NCBI GenBank assembly: GCA_963693095.2
Contig: OY843768.1
Location: 1,568,001 to 1,632,000 of the forward strand
Direction of reading: 5' to 3'
Length of the DNA: 64,000 bases
DNA from: Cenarchaeum sp.
GTDB taxonomy: Archaea > Thermoproteota > Nitrososphaeria > Nitrososphaerales > Nitrosopumilaceae
In this document: piece by piece, positions 50,975 through 59,186 of the stretch
Layout: each line of letters opens with the position of its first letter
Position numbering within the stretch: position 1 is the first letter of the stretch
The notes under the pieces: generated by a model
Database searches by the model: none
What the model was told of the DNA's origin: nothing
Seen by the model: only the letters and a program-made list of their open reading frames with translations
Program-made: the position numbers and the translations under genes

Positions 50975-51718
50975 CTATTGCACCGACTTGCGGAGCATGT
51001 GGGAGATCTTTGGCTCTAGCAACGCATACCAGTGGGCGAACGATTCTGGTTCCTCGTCTCCATTAACCTTGCCTATGATATACGCAATCATGTCGGCCAG
51101 CTGAATCTGGCTGCAAGACGTGGAATTCACAAAGACTGGCCTAGGCATGACGAGTCGACCCATAGGCCCGCCTGCAGCCGCAATAGGGCGCAAGGCTTGC
51201 GCAATGGTCTTGCCAACAGTCATGCTGGTCTCGTCATTATACCTGTCAAGCAGGATCATGCTCACCTTGCCGGGGGGAGAGCTCAGCAGGGTTCGTCGGA
51301 GCAGAAAAGAGGCATAACCCCAGGACTGGACTGTTGTTTGTGATGACTGGTGTGTGTCAGAGGAAGGGCGTTTGTCCATTATGACCACGTTGATTGTGGC
51401 GTTCATGTTCAGCACAATGTCCACAATGCCGTCAAATATGGCATCATAGTGCATTTTGGCCAAATCTGCGTTTTTTGTGTGCCTGAATAGAAGGTTTTTC
51501 ATGGTATGAGCATGAAACTCCACTCGCTCTAGCTTGCGCCCGCCAAAATGTTTTTTCTTGAGCTCGTGCATGAACAGGCCAACCCTCTGCGATTCCCTTG
51601 CATCCATGGTGATCGTGGCGGTGATGTAGTAAGGGGTGTCAGCTATGCTCTTTGCAGAGCGCGACGGGTTGCCAGAGCTGTCACCGAACGTGAGCAGGAC
51701 GTTTGTGTCGGGTGTCAT
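50975..51718 (-). CDS. DUF3800 family protein (copy A)
   Basis: FGDSSGN, EFHA, LLD, IQLADMIAY motifs; TTTTAA 25 nt upstream of the ATG. Confidence 0.82.
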   Translation of the reverse strand: MTPDTNVLLTFGDSSGNPSRSAKSIADTPYYITATITMDARESQRVGLFMHELKKKHFGGRKLERVEFHAHTMKNLLFRHTKNADLAKMHYDAIFDGIVDIVLNMNATINVVIMDKRPSSDTHQSSQTTVQSWGYASFLLRRTLLSSPPGKVSMILLDRYNDETSMTVGKTIAQALRPIAAAGGPMGRLVMPRPVFVNSTSCSQIQLADMIAYIIGKVNGDEEPESFAHWYALLEPKISHMLRKSVQ

Positions 51719-51869
51719 TGCGGCCGCTGCGCGATCATGCCCCTTAAAATGATTAGGGGGGAGGCCGGCGATCATCCAAGGCGTTTGGCGTCGGTGGATC
51801 ATGGTTTAGGGCGAGCTGCCCCCGGGGGCGCGTCAAAAGTCTTAAATCCGCCATGCCGGACAATGCGTC

Positions 51870-51948
51870 CCAGTCGTGTGGCGCTTACGAGCCTCCACAG
51901 GCGAGTCGGGCCTGGCTTCGCGGCTCTTGCCGGGTGGTCAGGACCGCA
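51870..51948 (+). ncRNA. DUF3800-associated RNA, copy 3
   Basis: CTTAAA at 51841-46; conserved core. Confidence 0.7.
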
Positions 51949-52073
51949 GCTCTCATTCCCCATTACCATTGCAGGCGGCGGCGTATTGGGTTCGGGGCAA
52001 TGGCATTCGCAATGTTGGTATCACGCCTGCCGCATGGGTCAATGTTTAAATAAAGAGCGCCCCATACTCTGGG

Positions 52074-52152
52074 GCAGACATGTGGTGCTTAAGGGCTTCC
52101 ACAGTCGAGCCGGGCCTGGCTTCGCTGCGATTGTGGGGTGGTCAGGACCGCA
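52074..52152 (+). ncRNA. DUF3800-associated RNA, copy 4
   Basis: TTTAAA at 52045-50; conserved core. Confidence 0.7.
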
Positions 52153-52156
52153 TTCA

Positions 52157-52894
52157 TCAATCCACCGAGTCATAAAGCACGCGGGAGATCTTGGGCTCTA
52201 TCAAAGCATACCAGTGGGCAAAAAATCCTGCGTCGTTGCTCTTGTTGACCCTGGCTACGATATATGCAATCATGTCGGCTAGCTGAATCAGATTGCACGA
52301 CCTAGATGTCACAAACATTGGTCCGGGCATGGCGGTTGTTCTCAAAGTATCAATATCCACAAACGGGTCTGGGGCTTGTGCAAATATCCTGCCCACAATT
52401 CTGTTAGTCACATCATCATACTGGTCAAGCAAGATCACGTGTGCCGTGTCAGGAGAACGCAAAAGGGTTTGGTAAAGTATGTCAAAAGCGCGATTCCAAG
52501 ATTTTACTGTCGTGTTTAGTGATCTAAACGTGTTATCTATGGGGCGCTTGTCCATTATGACAACATTGATTATGGCATCCATATTTATCGCAATTTCGAC
52601 AATATCATCAAATATGACATGCATCTGCTTTTTGGCGAGTGCCATGTTATTAGTGTATTTGAGTAGACGATTTTTCAGAGCATAGGCATGAAAGTCCGTC
52701 TGTTCCACGTCATCCTTTCCAAAATGCTTTATCTTTAGCTCTTGAAGGCGCGCATCAATTCTATACGCCTCTTTTGCGCCCATGGTGAGCGTGGCGGTGA
52801 TGTAGTGTGGGGTGTCAGCTATGCTCTTTGCAGAGCGCGACGGGTTGCCAGAGCTGTCACCGAACGTAAAGAGGACGTTTGTGTCGGGTTCCAT
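52157..52894 (-). CDS. DUF3800 family protein (copy B)
   Basis: FGDSSGN, DFHA, LLDQYDD, IQLADMIAY motifs. Confidence 0.82.
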   Translation of the reverse strand: MEPDTNVLFTFGDSSGNPSRSAKSIADTPHYITATLTMGAKEAYRIDARLQELKIKHFGKDDVEQTDFHAYALKNRLLKYTNNMALAKKQMHVIFDDIVEIAINMDAIINVVIMDKRPIDNTFRSLNTTVKSWNRAFDILYQTLLRSPDTAHVILLDQYDDVTNRIVGRIFAQAPDPFVDIDTLRTTAMPGPMFVTSRSCNLIQLADMIAYIVARVNKSNDAGFFAHWYALIEPKISRVLYDSVD

Positions 52895-53039
52895 CGTGGC
52901 CGCTGCGCGATCATGCCCCTTAAAATGATTAGGCGGGGGCTGGCGATCATCCGTATGTTTGGTGCCATCAATGTCCCGGATGAGCCGCCCACGCGCCTTT
53001 TCCCAAACGCCTTAAATCTGCCGTGCCGGACAGCGCGCC

Positions 53040-53107
53040 CCTGATATGTGGCGCTTACGGGTTCCACAGTTGAGCAGGGTCGTGCTTCTCCGTTGCTAGG
53101 CACGGGC
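53040..53107 (+). ncRNA. DUF3800-associated RNA, copy 5 (divergent hairpin 2)
   Basis: CTTAAA at 53011-16; hairpin 1 conserved; hairpin 2 replaced by UCGUGCUU/AGGCACGG. Confidence 0.55.
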
Positions 53108-53174
53108 ATCCATGTTGCCAGCTTTTGCCTGTGAAACTGAAAAGTGTTTAAATATTGGGCGTCCATAACTCTCC

Positions 53175-53251
53175 GCAGACTAGTGTTCCTTCGAGTTCTA
53201 CAGTCGAGCCGGGTCTGACTATGCGGCACTGGTCGGATGGTTAGGACCACA
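53175..53251 (+). ncRNA. DUF3800-associated RNA, copy 6
   Basis: TTTAAA at 53147-52; hairpin 2 UCUGACU/GGUUAGG. Confidence 0.6.
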
Positions 53252-53258
53252 TCATTTT

Positions 53259-53494
53259 CTATCGCGTCGACTGGCGGAGCATGTGGGAGATCTTTGGCTC
53301 TAGCAACGCATACCAGTGGGCAAACGATTCTGCGTCCTCGTCTCCATTAACCTTGCCTATGATATACGCAATCATGTCGGCGCGGTGATCGTGGCGGTGA
53401 TGTGGTGTGGGATGTCAGCTATGCTCTTGGCAGAGCGTGACGGGTTGCCAGAGCTGTCATCGAACGTGAGCAGGGCGGTTGTGCCGGGTTCCAT
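53259..53494 (-). pseudogene. DUF3800 copy C with an internal deletion
   Basis: N-terminal MEPGTTALLTFDDSSGNPSRS joined out of frame to the ADMIAY...LLEPKISHMLR C-terminus; 236 nt. Confidence 0.85.
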
Positions 53495-53644
53495 TGTGGC
53501 CGTTGCGCGATCATGTCTTTCAAAATAATTAGCCGGGAGGGTATGTAATCATCCAAGGTGTTTGGCATCGGCAGATCATAGTTCAGGGTAAGTGTGCTCG
53601 TGGGCGCGTCAAAAGCCTTAAATCTGCCATGCCGGACAACCGCC

Positions 53645-53721
53645 TCAGACATGTGGCGCCTACGGGCACACAGTCGAGCCGGGCATGGCTTCGCTGCGAT
53701 TGTGGGGTGGTCAGGACCGCA
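53645..53721 (+). ncRNA. DUF3800-associated RNA, copy 7
   Basis: CTTAAA at 53617-22; conserved core. Confidence 0.7.
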
Positions 53722-53848
53722 ACTCTCATTCCACTGCTGTTATGACAGGCGGTAACAGATTAAGTCACAGGACAGTGGCATCCACAGCATCGGCGCCACG
53801 CCTGCCATATGAGCCAGTGTTTAAATAAAAAGCACATACTACCCTGAC

Positions 53849-53926
53849 GCAGATATGTGCCGCCTTTAGGCCACACAGTCGAGACGGTCCTGGCCTAGCG
53901 ACTATTGTCGTGTGGTCAGGACCGCA
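53849..53926 (+). ncRNA. DUF3800-associated RNA, copy 8
   Basis: TTTAAA at 53820-25; conserved core. Confidence 0.7.
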
Positions 53927-54047
53927 ACTCTCATTCCCTATTGCCATTGCAGGCGGCGTATTAGGTTCGGGCAATGGCATCCGCAGTGTTGGCATCATGC
54001 CTGCCATATACGTTAATGTTTAAATAAAGAGCACACGCTACCCTGAC

Positions 54048-54125
54048 GCAGATATGTGGCGCCTTTAGGTCCCACAGTCGAGCCGGTCCTGGCCTAGCGG
54101 CGTATGCCGTGTGGTCAGGACCGCA
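54048..54125 (+). ncRNA. DUF3800-associated RNA, copy 9
   Basis: TTTAAA at 54019-24; conserved core. Confidence 0.7.
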
Positions 54126-54132
54126 TTCTCAA

Positions 54133-54873
54133 CTAGTTCACGGCCCCTCGAAAAATGCCAGAGATCTTGGGCTCTAGCAGGGCATACCGTCGGACAAACG
54201 ACTCTTCTGCATCACGTCTGCTGGCCTTGGTCATGATATATGCAACCATGTCGGCCAATTGGATCAAATTGGAGAGTCTAGAGTTTACAAACACTGGCCT
54301 CATGGCAGTTCTGCCCGCAAAGCCGCCAACATTGATGAACGGTTGTAGATACTGCATAACGATATTGTTCACATCCCTGTTGGTTGCATCATCAGATGTG
54401 TCAAGCAGAGTCAGGTTTGTTGTGTTTGGGGGAAATTTTAAGAGGGTTCGTCGGAGTAGAACAGAGGCACAGCCCCAAGATTTGATCGTTGTGTTATCTG
54501 ATCGTAATGTTTCACCTGTGGGACGTTTTTCCATTATGACTACGTTGATGATGGCATCCATGTCCAGCACAATTTCAACAATGTCATCAAAAATAGCCTC
54601 AAGGCTTTCTTTTGCCTTTTTCATGCCTTTTGTTTGCCATAACAGGCTCCGTCGCAAAACACGGGCATGAAACTCTGCACGCTCTAGCCTGCGCCCGTCA
54701 AAGTACTTTTTCTTGAGATTGTCCATGCGCCCGTCAATCCTGTGCGCTTCTTTTACGTCCGTCGTGAACGTGACTATGATATAGTGGGGCGTGTCTGCTA
54801 TGGCCTTTGCAGAGCGCGACGGGTTGCCAGAGCTGTCGCCGAACGTGAGCAGGACGTTTGTGCCGGGTTCCAT
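54133..54873 (-). CDS. DUF3800 family protein (copy D)
   Basis: FGDSSGN, EFHA, LLDTSDD, IQLADMVAY motifs. Confidence 0.82.
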   Translation of the reverse strand: MEPGTNVLLTFGDSSGNPSRSAKAIADTPHYIIVTFTTDVKEAHRIDGRMDNLKKKYFDGRRLERAEFHARVLRRSLLWQTKGMKKAKESLEAIFDDIVEIVLDMDAIINVVIMEKRPTGETLRSDNTTIKSWGCASVLLRRTLLKFPPNTTNLTLLDTSDDATNRDVNNIVMQYLQPFINVGGFAGRTAMRPVFVNSRLSNLIQLADMVAYIMTKASRRDAEESFVRRYALLEPKISGIFRGAVN

Positions 54874-55025
54874 TGCGGCCTCTGCGCGATCATGCCCCTT
54901 AAAATGATTATGCGGGAGGGCCGGCGATCATCCAAGGTGCCTGGCGTCGGCGGATCAGAGTTCAGGGCGAGCCGCCCCGTGCCCCATGTCAAAAGCCTTA
55001 AATCTGCCATGCCGGACAATGCGAT

Positions 55026-55103
55026 CCAGACCTGTGTCGCCTTTAGGTCACACACTCGAGACGGTCCTGGCCTAGCGACTATTGTCGTGTGGTCAGGACC
55101 GCA
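55026..55103 (+). ncRNA. DUF3800-associated RNA, copy 10
   Basis: CTTAAA at 54997-55002; conserved core. Confidence 0.7.
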
Positions 55104-55228
55104 ACCCTCATTCCCTGTTGTCATAGCAAGCGGTCGCGCATTGGGTTTGGGACAATGGCGTCCGCAGCATCGGCATCACGCCTGCCGCATGGGTCAATGC
55201 TTAAACAGGGCACGCCCCGCACCCTGGG

Positions 55229-55306
55229 GCAGACCTGTGCCGCCTTTAGGCCACACAGTCGAGCCGGGCCTGGCCTAGCGGCGTATGCCGTGTGGCCAGG
55301 ACCGCA
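55229..55306 (+). ncRNA. DUF3800-associated RNA, copy 11
   Basis: CTTAAA at 55200-05; conserved core. Confidence 0.7.
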
Positions 55307-55359
55307 ACCCCACCCGTTCTAGCGCCAAAATTCATATAGATTCTCCGCGGCGCACGCTG

Positions 55360-55557
55360 ATGATGGCCTCAAGGGCGATATGCGCAGGCGTGGGAGTGCC
55401 GATGATCATAGTCGGCGCGCTCGCGGCCCTCCTCGTGCCCCCCGTGGCCGGCAGCATGGCCGACACGGCCGAGTTCCTAGGCAGCCTGATAGGCATCCTC
55501 GGCGCCGTCTTTTTCGTCGCCGGCCTATTCTACACCAAAGAGCCAGTCATGCACTAG
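55360..55557 (+). CDS. Small membrane protein
   Basis: Two TM helices; TTCATATA upstream. Confidence 0.6.
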   Translation: MMASRAICAGVGVPMIIVGALAALLVPPVAGSMADTAEFLGSLIGILGAVFFVAGLFYTKEPVMH

Positions 55558-55594
55558 CGATGACATAAATCCCAATGCGTGCGGGGCTGGGCCG

Positions 55595-56311
55595 ATGGGC
55601 GTGCGGATATTTGAGGTCTTTACCTCGATCGAGGGCGAGGGCCTCCTCTACGGGACAAAGACGCTCTTTGTGAGGCTCGCCGGCTGCCCGTTCACGTGCT
55701 TTTACTGCGACACGGCCGAGGCCCTTCCGGCCGGCTCGGGAAAAGAGTACACGATGGAGGAGGCGTGTGCGCTCATCGACTCGTCGCTCCAGGACCGCAC
55801 GTACAAGGTCAACTTTACCGGAGGCGAGCCACTGGTCCAGCACGAGGCCGTCGCAGGGCTCGCGCGCCACGTGCGCTCCAGGGGCGTGCGCACGTACCTA
55901 GAGTCAGCGTGCTATGACTCTGCGCGCTTTGCGCATGTCATGGACCACATGGACATACTAAAGGTCGAGTTCAAGACGGCTGACTCGGAGGTCGCGCGCG
56001 AGCCGGCGCACTATGCGAGGCTCATCGACGAGGCGACAAAATGCCTAGAGGCCGCAGTGCGCGCAGGAAAGACAGTCTATGTAAAGATAGTAGTGAGCGC
56101 GAGGACCGGTGATGTGGAGTTTGGCGAGCTTCTTGACAGGGTGTTTGCGGCAGCTCCCGCATCATCGATAGCCGGGCTCTTTATCCAGCCGACTAGCGGT
56201 GTCGAGGAGCCGCGCCTAGAGTCACTTGTGCGCATGTATGATGTCGCAAGCGAGCGCTATGCCGAGGTCAGGGTAGTCCCGCAGCTGCACAAGCTCATGG
56301 GCGCGATCTAG
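55595..56311 (+). CDS. queE: 7-carboxy-7-deazaguanine synthase
   Basis: EVFTSIEGEG, FVRLAGCPFTCFYCDT, TGGEP, PQLHK motifs. Confidence 0.92.
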   Translation: MGVRIFEVFTSIEGEGLLYGTKTLFVRLAGCPFTCFYCDTAEALPAGSGKEYTMEEACALIDSSLQDRTYKVNFTGGEPLVQHEAVAGLARHVRSRGVRTYLESACYDSARFAHVMDHMDILKVEFKTADSEVAREPAHYARLIDEATKCLEAAVRAGKTVYVKIVVSARTGDVEFGELLDRVFAAAPASSIAGLFIQPTSGVEEPRLESLVRMYDVASERYAEVRVVPQLHKLMGAI

Positions 56312-56386
56312 GGCGTGCTCACTAGTTCTCGCACTTGTGTGGAATATTAGAAATGTTAATAAACTGTTTCTATATCTAGATCAGAC

Positions 56387-56980
56387 TTGACAGTGAGGTG
56401 TCCAGAGTGCGGTTCGGCGTCGACTGCGAGGATGAGGCCGCCGGGAATGCCCATGCGCGAGGCAAGCATTGCCAACATGGGGATGGCGGAGCTCGGCCGT
56501 GCGGTGACGGGCACTAGTCCCATCAGGCAGCCAAATGCGCCAAACCGGTCATGCGACTCTTGTGGTGCGCAATTTAGGAACAAGTACGTAAAGTGCCCCG
56601 CGTGCCGATCCGTGGACATTGCGCCGATAGTGTACAAGCGCGGCGACGCCTGGAGCGACGCGGAGCCAAATGCCGAGAACGCAGAATGGGAGGAGCTCGG
56701 GGCCAAATTGGGCGTTGTCGCAATGCCGCCTGACAGCAGCGTCAACCGTCCGACATTTGTGTGCAGAGAGTGCCAAAACGCGTTCAGGACCCGCCCCGAG
56801 CCGTGTCCGGCGTGCGGCTCGCACAACATCAAGCGGATCGTGCAGGGGTATCCGGCGCCCTGGGCCTTTGAAGATCCTGGACGGGTCATGGGAGGGGGGT
56901 GCTGCGTGTCGCCTGAAAGCCCGACAAAGCAATGCGCCGACTGTGGGCACAATTTTGGCAGGCTTGGCCGCGGGTATTGA
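56387..56980 (+). CDS. Multi-Zn-ribbon protein (three tandem units)
   Basis: Six CxxC motifs. Confidence 0.65.
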   Translation: MTVRCPECGSASTARMRPPGMPMREASIANMGMAELGRAVTGTSPIRQPNAPNRSCDSCGAQFRNKYVKCPACRSVDIAPIVYKRGDAWSDAEPNAENAEWEELGAKLGVVAMPPDSSVNRPTFVCRECQNAFRTRPEPCPACGSHNIKRIVQGYPAPWAFEDPGRVMGGGCCVSPESPTKQCADCGHNFGRLGRGY

Positions 56981-57018
56981 CACGCACGCCGGAAACGTGC
57001 GCACGCGACGCCATTCGC

Positions 57019-57627
57019 ATGGAGGCGCCCCTACCTTCAAATACTGACACACCGGCCCTTTGCGCACAAATGAACCATGACCGCATAAGGGGGCTCGTGC
57101 GCGAGCTCATAATCGAGATAGGCGAGGACCCAACGAGGGAGGGCCTGCGCGACACGCCAGAGCGCATAGCTGACATGTATGGCGAGATATTTGACGGGTA
57201 CGAGTCTGATGCCGAGCTCGACGTCCAGTTCTCCGAGGACTCGGACACCGTCGTCGTGCGCGACATTAGGTTCTACTCGATGTGCGAGCACCATATGCTC
57301 CCGTTCTTTGGCACGGTCAGCATCGCCTACGCGCCAAACGGCCGCGTCTTTGGGACATCAAAGCTCGTGCGCCTCGTCAAAAAGCACGCCAGGCGCCTCC
57401 AGATACAGGAGCGCTTTACGAGGAGCATCGCAGATGACCTCAACGCGCAGGGCGTAAAGGGCGTCGCCGTCTGGGCCGACGCCGAGCACCTCTGCATGAG
57501 GATGCGCGGTGTAGAGAACGAGGCGACGATGACGACGAGCGCGTTTCGCGGGATATACGAGAACCGCCTAGAGCGGCAGGCCATAGTGGCCATGGTCCAC
57601 CAGAGGGCAAAGCAGCCGCCGGCATAG
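57019..57627 (+). CDS. folE: GTP cyclohydrolase I
   Basis: GEDPTREGLRDTPERIA, SMCEHHMLPF, RRLQIQER, HLCMRMRG motifs. Confidence 0.95.
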   Translation: MEAPLPSNTDTPALCAQMNHDRIRGLVRELIIEIGEDPTREGLRDTPERIADMYGEIFDGYESDAELDVQFSEDSDTVVVRDIRFYSMCEHHMLPFFGTVSIAYAPNGRVFGTSKLVRLVKKHARRLQIQERFTRSIADDLNAQGVKGVAVWADAEHLCMRMRGVENEATMTTSAFRGIYENRLERQAIVAMVHQRAKQPPA

Positions 57628-57682
57628 TGGGCATGAACGGCTCGGATCGCGCACATATGCATAAATACCAACATCTGGCCGC

Positions 57683-58036
57683 GTGGCACTGATGGGTGCG
57701 CACGACAATGTCCATGTCCCTAGTGAGTCATGGCCGAACTGGACGTGGTATGCGATCGAGTTTGGCATAGTCCTGGCAGTCTCCATGGTCATCGCCTGGC
57801 AGGTCTCAGACGCCATACTCCCCGCAGTGGCCGCCGCTGCAGGCCACGCCGGCGCACTAGAGTCCTGGGAGGGAATCAACATACACTCTGCCGAGTTCAA
57901 GGCGCTAGAGGCTGCCGTCGAGTATAGGATCATCGCAATGTCCAACTGGGTCTTTTACGGAATCGTCGGCGTCGTCTTTCTTGGATGGTACCTCCTGATC
58001 CGCGGCCTCGCGCTAAAAAAGAGGGTTCTGGAATGA
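57683..58036 (+). CDS. Hypothetical membrane protein
   Basis: Two TM helices. Confidence 0.6.
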   Translation: MALMGAHDNVHVPSESWPNWTWYAIEFGIVLAVSMVIAWQVSDAILPAVAAAAGHAGALESWEGINIHSAEFKALEAAVEYRIIAMSNWVFYGIVGVVFLGWYLLIRGLALKKRVLE

Positions 58037-58500
58037 GACAGCAAGCCATCATCGCCGTTATGGGCATAGGCGCCGGCTTACTCGTAGCTGCGGCCATCAC
58101 CACGCAGGTCGAGTGGGATGTCGAGGAGCCTGTCATGCCAGATCGCACAGGCGAGGCGATGCCTAGTGCGCTCGGCGAGCGGGCCGCGATGATCGACGAC
58201 GAGGCCGAGTGTGTTGCCGAAGGCGGGTCGTGGAGGTGGATAAACGCGTCATTCAAGGCGTGCGTCCTGCCCTATCCGGACGCCGGCGAGGAGTGCTCGG
58301 CCTCATCCGAGTGCGCCGGCGGGTGCTTTGCCTCGGACTTTGACTCACTGGAGGCCGGTCTCGGGATGTGCAGGGCCGACACTGACCGCTCTGGCTGCCT
58401 AGGCGAGATCGGCGGCTCTACCATCGAGTGCCTCCATGACGATATCATGACGCGCTGCACGATAGACTCCTTGGAGCGCGAGTGCCTCAGGCTGCGCTAG
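58033..58500 (+). CDS. Cys-rich exported protein
   Basis: N-terminal TM helix; C...GG.W...C..PY.DAG.EC..SSEC.GGC pattern. Confidence 0.6.
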   Translation: MRQQAIIAVMGIGAGLLVAAAITTQVEWDVEEPVMPDRTGEAMPSALGERAAMIDDEAECVAEGGSWRWINASFKACVLPYPDAGEECSASSECAGGCFASDFDSLEAGLGMCRADTDRSGCLGEIGGSTIECLHDDIMTRCTIDSLERECLRLR

Positions 58501-59186
58501 TGCGCGTATCTCGTCCTGTCTAGTATTCCGGCCTCGGCAAATGCGGCCTTGCGGTTTGCGCATGACTCGCACTCGCCGCAGTGCGCCGTTCTTGATGACG
58601 AGTAGCAGCTCCACGTCTCAAATATCGCATCGCCGAGCGCGCGGTGGCCGCGGCGGATCATGTCGGCCTTTGAGAGACGCGCACTCGCCGGACTCCATAT
58701 GCTGATGCGCTGCCTCTTGCCTGAGCGTATCCCGTCAGACTCGCCGGCGTTGAGGGCCGACTCTAGTGCGCGCGCAAACGCTGGCCGGCAGTCCGGATAC
58801 GGCCTGTCGCCGGTGTGCGCACCGTACGCGACTGTCTGCGCGCCGATCGTAAATGCCCACGCCGTGGCGATCGAGAGAAAGACGGCGTTGCGGACCGGCA
58901 CGACTATTGAATAGTCAAACGTTTGCGGCAGGCGCGCGCGCGCATCGGTGAGAACGTTGGTCTTTGCATAGAGCGATCGCATAAACCCAATGTCGACGGT
59001 CTTGTGCTCGGTGAGGCCTGCGCGTCGCGCGAGGCGTTTTGCGGCCCTTATCTCCTGCGTCGCGCGCTGGCCATAGGAGAACGTTATTCCGTGGAGCGAG
59101 TGCGTCGGCGCAAGGTGCGCGCACATGCAAACGGAGTCTAGTCCCCCGCTAAACACGACTACGGCGCGCGGCCTCTTTTTGGCCAT
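58497..59186 (-). CDS. queC: 7-cyano-7-deazaguanine synthase
   Basis: FSGGLDS, VPVRN, YPDCRP, TWSCY...HCGECESC motifs. Confidence 0.95.
   Translation of the reverse strand: MAKKRPRAVVVFSGGLDSVCMCAHLAPTHSLHGITFSYGQRATQEIRAAKRLARRAGLTEHKTVDIGFMRSLYAKTNVLTDARARLPQTFDYSIVVPVRNAVFLSIATAWAFTIGAQTVAYGAHTGDRPYPDCRPAFARALESALNAGESDGIRSGKRQRISIWSPASARLSKADMIRRGHRALGDAIFETWSCYSSSRTAHCGECESCANRKAAFAEAGILDRTRYAH

Larger units (their letters stand above)
50575..55306. other. DUF3800 gene / structured small-RNA array locus
   Basis: Four DUF3800 copies interleaved with about 12 copies of a conserved two-hairpin element. Confidence 0.85.

Noticed and set aside
51950-52040. HDV-like ribozyme in the trailer
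   Set aside because: The stems cross, but I could not find the P3/L3, P1.1 and catalytic J4/2 consensus on either strand.
50575-55306. CRISPR array interpretation of the repeated elements
   Set aside because: Units are ~78 nt and divergent, each has its own promoter, there are no unique equal-length spacers, and no cas genes are present.
50575-55306. Insertion sequence/MITE or tRNA interpretation
   Set aside because: No terminal inverted repeats or target-site duplications seen; no cloverleaf or T-loop consensus.
55595-59186. 7-deazaguanine DNA modification (dpd) system from queE/folE/queC
   Set aside because: No dpdA/TGT-like gene in the window; preQ0 synthesis for archaeosine tRNA modification explains these genes.
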